Below are positions 9,146 through 17,276 of a stretch of DNA of 32,000 bases, one piece after another. Positions within the stretch are counted from its first letter, which is position 1; every line of letters starts with the position of its first letter. A model generated the notes under the pieces. That model was not told the DNA's origin. It did no database searches and was given only the letters and a program-made list of their open reading frames with translations. Made by a program: the position numbers and the translations under genes. Origin of the DNA: Psychrobacter cryohalolentis K5 (GTDB lineage Bacteria > Pseudomonadota > Gammaproteobacteria > Pseudomonadales > Moraxellaceae); assembly GCF_000013905.1 (NCBI RefSeq), contig NC_007969.1:990001-1022000 (forward strand), given 5' to 3'.

Positions 9146-10791
9146 ATGGAAGAAGTAAAAGTAGGCAGATTAGGCCCTTTTCCACGGGTGAGTAAACCTG
9201 TGTTTATTACCTCAACACTGTTGATTGTTGGATTCATTATTTTCGGTGCACTTTTCACTGAAACAGCAGGGGCTCTCTTTAGTTTTTTACAAAATTTTAT
9301 TACCGATAAATTCGGCTGGCTGTTTATTCTCTTAGTTAATGCGGCGCTTGCACTTTGTATTTACTTAGCCATGAGTCGCTATGGTGACATTCGGCTAGGC
9401 AATCAGACGGAGCGACCACAGTACAATCTGTTTTCGTGGATTGGCATGTTGTTTTCCGCAGGTATTGGTATTGGCCTAGTTTATTGGGGCACAGCGGAGC
9501 CGTTGTATCATTTCATGGCACCACCAATGAGCGATGCCGAAACGGTTGCAGCAGCAAAGCAAGCGATGAACATCTCATTTATGCATTGGGGTCTACACGC
9601 TTGGGCGATCTATACGATTGTGGCGCTATCTTTAGCGTATTTTCATTTCCGCCGCGGTCTGCCCTTATCGATTCGATCAACTCTATACCCTATACTCGGT
9701 AAACGAATCTATGGTCGATGGGGACATACTGTCGATATCTTGGCCGTATTTGGTACGATGTTTGGCGTGGTCACCTCACTAGGGCTAGGAGTGCTGCAGA
9801 TCAACTCCGGACTCGAAAAGCTATTTGGTACACCTAATAGTCTCACTGTACAGTTTGGTTTGATTGCTTTCATCACAGGGCTTGCAGCCATTTCCGTTAT
9901 GATGGGTTTAGATAAAGGTATTAAGCGACTTAGTGACATTAACATTGGATTCACGATCGTCTTATTGGCGTTTATGGTCATTTTAGGACCGACACTCTTT
10001 ATCTTTGATAGCTTTATTGAAAACATCGGAAACTATCTGACCGTGATTGTGCCTCTAGGTACATGGGGCGAGTCTTATAGTGGGACAGATTGGCAGAGTA
10101 GTTGGACGATATTTTATTGGGCATGGTGGGTCAGTTGGGCACCATTCGTTGGTATCTTTATTGCCCGTATCTCTCGTGGTCGTACCATTCGTGAATTTAC
10201 GCTTGGGGTATTACTGATCCCAATGCTTATTTTGTTCTTCTGGTTTACGACCTTTGGCGGCGTTGCTGTTCATATGGAACTTGCCTCTGCTGTGTCAGGT
10301 ATTATAGCCCAGGATTGGTTGAAGCGGTACAAGCAGATACCGGTAGTGCGATCTTTAAATTGGTTGAATACTATCCATTGGCAAAACCGATTACGCTACT
10401 GATCGTCGTTATGATTATGCTTTGGTTTGTGACGTCATCAGACTCGGCCAGTTTTGTTATCGATATGCTGACAGCTGGTGGTGATACCAATCCACCAAAA
10501 ATTCAGCGTTTGTTTTGGGCAACTACAGAAGGCGTTATCGCTGCTATACTACTAGCGGCTGGTGGGCTGTCTGCTTTGCAGGCCGCTGCTATCGTAGCAG
10601 GACTACCGTTTGCCTTAGTGATTTTTGTCATGATGTACGCGTTGTTACGTGGTCTTAGCCGCGATCGTCTGATTCTATATCGAGCTCAGCAGAATTTTAT
10701 TACTGATGAATCGGCAGATCACAACTCGGCTAATGAGTTCGTCGACGAGCATTTGTTGAAAGGCCCACCTAAAATTGTAAAGGGTGATTAA
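9146..10791 (+). pseudogene. BCCT-family (betaine/carnitine/choline) transporter, disrupted by a 1-nt deletion frameshift near 10305-10306
   Basis: Two overlapping ORFs (9140..10402 in frame 2, 10315..10791 in frame 1) together align end to end with the intact paralog at 11091..12746. At the junction copy 1 reads ggt att at- agc cca gga ttg, versus aat att atc agt cct ggc ttg in copy 2. The true start is the ATG at 9146, homologous to the paralog's ATG. Confidence 0.75.
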
Positions 10792-10956
10792 TCAACGCGA
10801 TGCTGATTAATAGTCATGAATTAGGGCTTAGATAAGCAACCTGTGATTAAGCGAAGAAAGATCAAGAGTGTGCTGACAGTCGTTTCAATCAATGATTGAC
10901 AGCTCACTATATCTGTTTTTTATTTATTAAAAAACGATAAAATACTTGTAATATCA

Positions 10957-10991
10957 AATCCTAAGATGCATGGTTATCTTAGGATTTTTTT
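10957..10991 (+). terminator. Rho-independent terminator after BCCT copy 1
   Basis: Stem AAATCCTAAGAT / ATCTTAGGATTT followed by a T-run. Confidence 0.65.
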
Positions 10992-11090
10992 ATTTGTTGA
11001 CCAATAGCAAGGTTATAAAGTGTCTGATTCGATTTGATAGTTGTGTAATATCTTGTTAAGGTGAGCCCCTTCAAAAACTGAGACGACTAA

Positions 11091-12746
11091 ATGGATCATG
11101 TAAAAGTTGGCCGCTTGGGCCCTTTTCCACGGGTAAGTAAACCTGTGTTCTTAACTTCAGCACTATTAATTCTGGTGTTTATCATCTTTGGTGCTTTTTT
11201 TAATGAGCAAGCAGAACTGGTATTTGGTCACGCAAAAGCATTCGTGTCTTTGCGCTTTGGCTGGTTCTTTATTGTGGTGGTTAACTTAACGCTAGTGATG
11301 AGTATTTATATGATATTCAGTCGCTATGGCGATATCAGGCTTGGTCATCAGAACGAGAAGCCCGAGTATAATATAGTCTCCTGGATTGGCATGCTGTTTT
11401 CAGCTGGCATCGGTATTGGACTGCTCTATTGGGGCACCGCTGAACCCTTGTACCATTTTATGGCGCCGCCATTGGGAGAGCCCGAAACGATCGCCGCCGC
11501 CAAGCAAGCGATGAATATCTCGTTCCTGCATTATGGCTTACATGTGTGGGCGCTCTACGGCATGGTTGCTTTGTCATTGGCTTATTTTCACTACCGAGTG
11601 GGTTTACCACTGGCCATCCGCTCGACACTTTATCCTATATTGGGTAAGAAAATCTATGGTGGTTGGGGTCATACGGTCGATACGCTGGCGGTATTTGGGA
11701 CGATGTTTGGGGTAGTGACCACGTTAGGTCTTGGGGTATTGCAGATTAACTCAGGTCTTGAGACGTTATTTGGTATTCCCAATAATATTACAGTGCAAAT
11801 TATATTGATTGCCTTAATCACTATGCTGGCTGGTCTATCTCTGTTTATGGGATTAGATAAAGGGATTAAGCGCTTAAGTGATACCAATATATTATTTACT
11901 GTGATATTGCTAAGCTTTGTGATTATTTTAGGACCGACTCAGTTTATTATAAATAGCTTTGTAGAGAACATCGGCAACTATTTACATCAGATTGTGCCAC
12001 TAGGTCTTTGGACAGAGTCTTATAACGGTGAAGAAAACTGGCAAGCATCATGGACGATTTTCTATTGGGCATGGTGGATAAGCTGGTCGCCTTTCGTTGG
12101 GGTGTTCGTGGCTCGTATCTCTCGTGGTCGTACGATTCGTGAATTCATATTGGGAGTGTTGTTGATTCCTATTACCATATTGTTCTTATGGTTTACCGCT
12201 TTTGGTGGTTCAGCCGTTAATATGGAGCTAATGGCGGCGGCGGACCCCAATATTATCAGTCCTGGCTTGATCGAGGCGGTCCAAGCAGATACTGGCAGTG
12301 CCATCTTTAAGTTGATGGAGTCTTATCCGCTAACATCGGCTGTGAACTTGCTCATCGTGGTAATGATTGTTCTTTGGTTTGTCACGTCATCGGATTCAGC
12401 CAGTTTCGTCATTGATATGTTGACCTCAGGTGGCGATGCTAATCCACCGAAAATTCAGCGCTTATTTTGGGCGGGTACCGAAGGTGTCATCGCAGCGGTA
12501 CTATTGGCAGCAGGTGGCTTGAGTGCACTACAAGCGGCTTCCATTGTGTCAGGTTTTCCTTTTGCGATAGTGATAGTCGTAATGATGTATTCGCTACTAC
12601 GTGGCTTAAGTCGTGACCGTTTGATATTGTATCGCAATCAGCAATGGTTTATCACCGAGGAATCTGCTGAGCACAATTCAGCCAATGAATTTCGTGATGA
12701 AGACTTGCTCACAGGTCCGCCTGATATTGAAAAGCCTGAAGGTTAA
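11091..12746 (+). CDS. BCCT-family transporter (intact paralog)
   Basis: 551 aa and multi-TM. BCCT signature region WTIFYWAWWISWSPFVGVFVARISRGRTIREF. Confidence 0.9.
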   Translation: MDHVKVGRLGPFPRVSKPVFLTSALLILVFIIFGAFFNEQAELVFGHAKAFVSLRFGWFFIVVVNLTLVMSIYMIFSRYGDIRLGHQNEKPEYNIVSWIGMLFSAGIGIGLLYWGTAEPLYHFMAPPLGEPETIAAAKQAMNISFLHYGLHVWALYGMVALSLAYFHYRVGLPLAIRSTLYPILGKKIYGGWGHTVDTLAVFGTMFGVVTTLGLGVLQINSGLETLFGIPNNITVQIILIALITMLAGLSLFMGLDKGIKRLSDTNILFTVILLSFVIILGPTQFIINSFVENIGNYLHQIVPLGLWTESYNGEENWQASWTIFYWAWWISWSPFVGVFVARISRGRTIREFILGVLLIPITILFLWFTAFGGSAVNMELMAAADPNIISPGLIEAVQADTGSAIFKLMESYPLTSAVNLLIVVMIVLWFVTSSDSASFVIDMLTSGGDANPPKIQRLFWAGTEGVIAAVLLAAGGLSALQAASIVSGFPFAIVIVVMMYSLLRGLSRDRLILYRNQQWFITEESAEHNSANEFRDEDLLTGPPDIEKPEG

Positions 12747-12794
12747 GAGTTTTTTAGACAATGCTTAAATAGTACTTAAGCTAAAAAATAATTC

Positions 12795-12832
12795 AAAAAG
12801 CCCCAGCTTTATCATAAGTTGGGGCTTTTTAA
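12795..12832 (+). terminator. Rho-independent terminator after BCCT copy 2
   Basis: Stem AAAAAGCCCCAGCTT / AAGTTGGGGCTTTTT with a T-run. Confidence 0.7.
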
Positions 12833-12847
12833 TTTCTACTGATATAT

Positions 12848-12994
12848 CTATAGTCAATCCACTATAAATCAAACACAGTGCTACTGGGATAAGTTTTGCG
12901 CCGCCTCTGTCTGCGCAGGCACAGCAAGCAAGAAAAATTTATACCAGTAGCGCGTTATAATATTTGTACTTATTTTATTTAGGACTGACTATAT
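12848..12994. repeat. Nested inverted-repeat element of about 147 bp (MITE-like, REP-like or structured RNA)
   Basis: Outer arms CTATAGTCAATCC (12848-12860) / GGACTGACTATAT (12982-12994) match 11/13. Inner arms GTGCTACTGGGATAA (12878-12892) / TTATACCAGTAGCGC (12939-12953) match 13/15. The arms enclose a locally GC-rich core with a TGCGC..GCGCA mini-hairpin. The element lies between convergent genes. Confidence 0.5.
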
Positions 12995-13040
12995 TATGAT
13001 GAAAAGTATTTGATTAGAGTTACCAGAGGTAGGATGTAAA

Positions 13041-13385
13041 CTACACACATTGTCCTTTTACATAACCGACTGCAGAGGTAGTACCACATGCTGAACAGGC
13101 GTTGCCCGCAGTACGATAACTGAAACCTGATTGGTTTTTTACAGTGACACAGACAGGATCATACTGTGCGGTACACATGGTTTGCTCAGGATTAAAGGGT
13201 GGGCATTTATTGAAAGGATTGTTAATTGAGCCTTGATTACTGCTAGCACTGTGGTCTTTATTGTTTTCAGTGCTATGAATAGGCGGCTCAGAATGGGTGC
13301 TGATTGGAAGATTATTACAACCAGATAATGTGATGGCTACTGAGAGCCCTAGTATTGACAGCCACGGTTTAGATAAATGATTCAT
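13041..13385 (-). CDS. Small lipoprotein with a Kazal-type serine-protease-inhibitor-like domain
   Basis: AGGAAA SD 8 nt upstream, then a signal peptide with lipobox TLSGC and a low-complexity linker. Six Cys follow, spaced C-x9-C-x7-C-x17-C-x2-C-x12-C. CTAQYDPVC aligns with the Kazal reactive loop CTLEYRPLC of ovomucoid third domain. Confidence 0.6.
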   Translation of the reverse strand: MNHLSKPWLSILGLSVAITLSGCNNLPISTHSEPPIHSTENNKDHSASSNQGSINNPFNKCPPFNPEQTMCTAQYDPVCVTVKNQSGFSYRTAGNACSACGTTSAVGYVKGQCV

Positions 13386-13720
13386 AATAATGTTTCCTTA
13401 TAAATAGCGCTCGATAACTTCCTGTTATCAACAGTCAACGACAACCATATCAGAAATAGAATGATACAAATGGATAGTAACTTATTTAGGAGAAGTCATC
13501 CACCACATCATATGATAAGTACAAAATAAAATCGAGAAAATTATACATATATATAGCTATACTACTGCTATGTATTTTGCTCAATGCGTGAGAAAAGCTG
13601 CAAAAACTTCATAGCAATAGCATTGTTGGTTTTAATAGCTTTCTATCATTTACAAGCAAATAAAAACCCCAAGCTTGAACCGACCCCCATAAGTTGGACA
13701 CAACTTATGGGGGTATTTTT

Positions 13721-14239
13721 ATGCGTTACGATCTAGACTTTAAGATGCAAGTCATCGCATACTATCTGCAAGGACATACCGGACTTGCCACAAGTGAGAA
13801 GTTTAAAGTAGATTCGAAACTTGTACAAAAATGGGTTAAGCAATATCAAAGCGGTGGTATAGACGCGATCAAGCCAAAGACAAGTAAGGCTAAATACAGC
13901 AGTGGGTTTAAATACAAAGTGATTACGACCATGCTGACGCAAGGATTAAGTCAATCCGAGGTCGCTTTAACATTTAATATCAGCTCACCTGCTTTAATTA
14001 GCCACTGGCACAAAGCATATCGACAACAAGGCATGTCTGGACTAATAACCAAGCCTAAAGGTAGAGCCGCCATGACCAAGCCATTTATCACAAGCAAACC
14101 AGATGATGAGAAAACCTTAGCAGAGCTTAAGCGTGAGAATGAATACCTACGTGCAGAGGTTGCGTACCTAAAAAAGCTCGATGCCTTGCTCAAAGCGGAG
14201 GAACAAGCAGGCAAAAAGCAAGGCTCATCGAAGCACTAA
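13721..14239 (+). CDS. IS3-family transposase OrfA (HTH DNA-binding / leucine-zipper part)
   Basis: MRYDLDFKMQVIAYYLQG... resembles the IS3 OrfA helix-turn-helix region. The C-terminal heptad-like segment LAELKRENEYLRAEVAYLKKL fits the same family. The ATG at 13721 is preferred over the track's TTG, which lies inside the IR. Confidence 0.85.
   Translation: MRYDLDFKMQVIAYYLQGHTGLATSEKFKVDSKLVQKWVKQYQSGGIDAIKPKTSKAKYSSGFKYKVITTMLTQGLSQSEVALTFNISSPALISHWHKAYRQQGMSGLITKPKGRAAMTKPFITSKPDDEKTLAELKRENEYLRAEVAYLKKLDALLKAEEQAGKKQGSSKH
14170..14234 (+). promoter_or_regulatory. Programmed -1 ribosomal frameshift signal (A AAA AAG plus downstream stem-loop)
   Basis: The heptamer A-AAA-AAG sits at 14170-14176 in the orfA zero frame (L-K-K). 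The -1 frame is the orfB frame and is open from 14176 to 15066. Stem GCTCGATGCCTTGCT (14176-14190) pairs with AGCAAGGC-T-CATCGAAGC (14217-34). Confidence 0.75.
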
Positions 14240-14262
14240 GACAAGAGCACCCTTTATCTGCT

Positions 14263-15066
14263 TTGCTAAACATCGCTAAGATGGCTAAAAGTGTCTTTTA
14301 CTACCATAGGTGTCAGTTTGACGTTAAAGACAAATATGGAGACTTAAAACAGCGTATTACTGAGCTTTACCATCAGCATAAAGGCAGGTATGGTTATCGT
14401 AGAGTCACGGCTGCATTAAAGCAGCTAGATTGTCATCATAACCATAAGCTCATCGCTAAGCTTATGCATGACATGAAGCTTAGCGCAAAGATAAGACGTC
14501 AGAAGTATCGCTCCTATAAAGGACAACAAGGTAAGATTGCGAAGAACTATTTAAAACGCCAGTTTCATGCAGATAAACCAAATAAGCGCTGGCTGACCGA
14601 TATTACTGAGTTTAAGGTGGGTGATGATAAGCTGTATTTGTCACCCATACTTGATTGTTATAACAATGAGATTGTCAGTTATACACTCTCAAAGAGACCC
14701 ACTTATGACTTAGTTGGCAAGATGCTAGAGGATGCTTTGGCAAAGACGAAAGCGTGCCGTGATAACAAGTTAATGCTGCACTCTGATCAAGGATGGCATT
14801 ATCAAATGAGACTGTTTGGACAGGTGCTGAAACAGCATGGTATTAAGCAAAGTATGAGCAGAAAAGGCAACTGTTTGGATAATGCGCTCATGGAGGGGTT
14901 CTTTGGTACCCTAAAGTGTGAGACGATTTATATTGAAAAGCCTAATTCGATTGAAGGTTTAGAGAAACAGATTCATGAGTATATTCACTACTATAATCAT
15001 GAAAGAATTCAACTCAAACTAAAAGGACTGAGTCCTGTTAAGTACAGAACTCAGTCCTTGATATAA
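14263..15066 (+). CDS. IS3-family transposase OrfB (rve / DDE integrase core), expressed as an OrfAB fusion
   Basis: DDE-type motifs WLTDITEF, HSDQGWHYQ and NCLDNALMEGFFGTLKCE. The frame is already open from the slippery site at 14176, so the track's TTG at 14263 is probably not a real start. Confidence 0.85.
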   Translation: MLNIAKMAKSVFYYHRCQFDVKDKYGDLKQRITELYHQHKGRYGYRRVTAALKQLDCHHNHKLIAKLMHDMKLSAKIRRQKYRSYKGQQGKIAKNYLKRQFHADKPNKRWLTDITEFKVGDDKLYLSPILDCYNNEIVSYTLSKRPTYDLVGKMLEDALAKTKACRDNKLMLHSDQGWHYQMRLFGQVLKQHGIKQSMSRKGNCLDNALMEGFFGTLKCETIYIEKPNSIEGLEKQIHEYIHYYNHERIQLKLKGLSPVKYRTQSLI

Positions 15067-15192
15067 ACTAAACCGTCCAACATTTGGGGGTCAGTTCAGC
15101 TTAATAGTAAGCTTAGGGTTTTTTATTTGCTCAAAGATAATTTCTGCCATTAAAGATGCTCAGATAAATATCTTTAACCAAGCATAACCGTT

Positions 15193-15549
15193 TTATTTAG
15201 CAGGCTTATCATCTTGATTAAGCTGAATATATTTATCAAAGTTCTGCGCATAATCAGTCAAGTTGTCGCTCAGCATTTGGCGATATTGTTTGGTATAAAA
15301 TTCGACAATATCATCCTTTTCTTTGGCAAAATCATCACCTTTTACAAAGCCGATTGAGGCGACTGATGCGCTATAACGTGCTGCGGCATAAAGCAGTGAC
15401 GCACCTACTTGACCTGAGTGCGCATCAGGACCTAATTGACTGTTTGCTACACCAATAATGGCATCAGCACGTTGATAAAACGACTGCATTTCAGGGGTGA
15501 TTTCAAGACTTGCATCAATCTCATTGTTTTGAGCATTCTCTTGAGACAT
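15193..15549 (-). CDS. DUF3144-family protein
   Basis: 118 aa. The pattern FYQRADAIIGVAN...VGASLLYAAARYSA...EFYTKQYRQMLSDNLTDY matches my recollection of DUF3144 proteins. GGAG SD upstream. Confidence 0.65.
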   Translation of the reverse strand: MSQENAQNNEIDASLEITPEMQSFYQRADAIIGVANSQLGPDAHSGQVGASLLYAAARYSASVASIGFVKGDDFAKEKDDIVEFYTKQYRQMLSDNLTDYAQNFDKYIQLNQDDKPAK

Positions 15550-15645
15550 AAACGACTCCTAATAATGGTAGGTAAATTTAAATGTATCACAGCAGTCTAA
15601 TAACTGGATAAGATAATAGGTACAAAAAGGGTTTTAGCAAAAATT

Positions 15646-16812
15646 TTATAAGCCAGCATCCGCTTTTAAAATCTTAGCTTTGTCAGTTTTTTCCCACGTA
15701 AAGGCGGTTTCAGAACCTTGGCGACCAAAATGTCCAAAACTGGCGGTTTGCTGATACATCGGCTGCAATAAATTCAGCATACGGGTGATACCATACGGAC
15801 GTAAGTCAAAATGCGTACGAATCAAGCTAATGATTTCATCGTTGCTGATTTTGTTAGTACCAAAAGTGTTAATCGAAATAGAAGTCGGTTCAGCAACGCC
15901 AATGGCATAGCTTACTTGTACTTCACAGCGATCGGCAATACCAGCAGCGACGATGTTTTTAGCCACGTAACGCACCGCATAAGCTGCACTGCGATCGACT
16001 TTTGAGGGATCTTTACCACTAAATGCGCCGCCACCGTGACGCGCCATACCGCCATAAGTATCAACAATAATCTTACGACCGGTCAGTCCTGCATCACCAA
16101 CAGGACCACCGATGACGAATTTGCCAGTCGGGTTGATATGATAACGTGTACCAGCATGTAGTAGCTCTGCCGGGAGTACTTGTTTGATAATTGACTCCAT
16201 GATCGCTTCTTGTAAATCAGCTTGCGAGATACTTGGATCATGCTGCGTAGATAAGACGACCGCGTCAATAGCAACAGGTTTATTGCCATCATATTTAAGC
16301 GTGACTTGTGCTTTGGCATCCGGACGTAACCAAGGTAGTTCGCCTGCGCGGCGCAACTCCGACTGACGCTCCATCAAGCGATGAGCATACTCGATAGGGG
16401 CGGGCATCAATACTTCAGTTTCATTGCTAGCATAACCAAACATCAAACCTTGGTCACCAGCGCCTTGTTCTTCAGGGTCAGCGCGGTCAACACCTTGGGC
16501 AATCTCAGGCGATTGTTTACCAAGCATATTAATAACCGCACATGTCTCGCCATCAAAACCCAAGTCTGAATGATGATAACCAATGCCATTAACCGTATCA
16601 CGCACGATGCGCTCAACGTCGATATTTGCCGTGGTGGTTATTTCACCTGCCAATACGACAGCGCCAGTTTTGACTAGGGTCTCACATGCCACGCGTGCAT
16701 GTAAATCTTGCCGTAAGATGGCATCAAGGATAGCGTCTGAGATTTGATCAGCCATTTTGTCAGGATGACCTTCGCTCACAGATTCTGAGGTAAATAAGTT
16801 GTATTCGCGCAT
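15646..16812 (-). CDS. metK: S-adenosylmethionine synthetase
   Basis: Motifs: [20 protein letters not shown], and the [17 protein letters not shown]-loop. I placed the start at [11 protein letters not shown], 8 codons inside the track ORF, by homology to MetK N-termini. Confidence 0.97.
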
Positions 16813-16886
16813 AATAGGATCGCTTAATTGAATCAATAAAGATAGGAAAAAGCATAACGTCTGGGCGCTGCTTTAATTGGTATTGG

Positions 16887-16906
16887 CCAAACAATGTATT
16901 GCTTGG
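16887..16906. promoter_or_regulatory. Near-palindrome CCAAACAAT-GT-ATTGCTTGG flanked by direct repeats TTTAATTGGT (16872-81, 16909-18); candidate operator 75-95 nt upstream of metK
   Basis: Read directly. 8/9 arm matches. No regulator identified. Confidence 0.25.
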
Positions 16907-17276
16907 TGTTTAATTGGTACTACTTAATTCACTTATTCATAAATGCATGTGTTATATAAATTTACATAAGGCACAGATTTCTATAAATCATATGGGGTCA
17001 GGCTAAGAGAGCGATAGCTTTGCGTTGTACTATATCGAATTATTAACTGACAACGTGCTTGAAGCTGTCGCCAATCATACGTCTATCACCTGATTATCAG
17101 CAGGATCAAAAATATGACGTACTTGCCAAAAAATACGCTTATTCTAACTCGAAACGCAATAAAACTCTAGTGAGCTGCACTCGTTCTATTATAAGTAATG
17201 CTCAATCATGATATTATTATAATTTAGCATAAGTATATTGATCGATAGGCTTTGCGATCATTATCATCTGCTCACA

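Larger units (their letters stand above)
13676..15098 (+). mobile_element. Intact IS3-family insertion sequence (1423 bp) with a 3-bp target-site duplication
   Basis: Terminal inverted repeats TGAACCGACCCCCATAAGTTGGACA (left) and, as reverse complement, TGAACTGACCCCCAAATGTTGGACG (right). GCT is duplicated on both flanks (13673-13675 and 15099-15101). The orfA/orfB layout has a -1 frameshift site. Confidence 0.9.

Noticed and set aside
10315-10791. The 158-aa ORF taken as an independent gene.
   Set aside because: It is the C-terminal fifth of a BCCT transporter (two TM helices plus the tail) and is collinear with the paralog. The TTG at 10315 corresponds to an internal Leu codon and has no SD.
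9709-11887. Antisense ORFs at equivalent positions in both BCCT copies (9709..10026 and 11669..11887), which look conserved.
   Set aside because: The conservation is a trivial consequence of the sense-strand paralogy. The peptides are hydrophobic mirror-frame products with no start signals.
16856-16863. AGACGT (MetJ-box-like half) on the minus strand just upstream of metK.
   Set aside because: It is a single partial box. MetJ operators are tandem 8-bp AGACGTCT repeats, and I have no evidence that this lineage has MetJ.
16813-17276. Possible SAM riboswitch in the metK leader (for example the AAAGCU string resembling the SAM-II 3' element).
   Set aside because: The AAAGCT lies about 200 nt from the start codon. 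I could not assemble the expected pseudoknot or helices of any SAM class by eye. I kept it only as an open question that needs a covariance-model scan.
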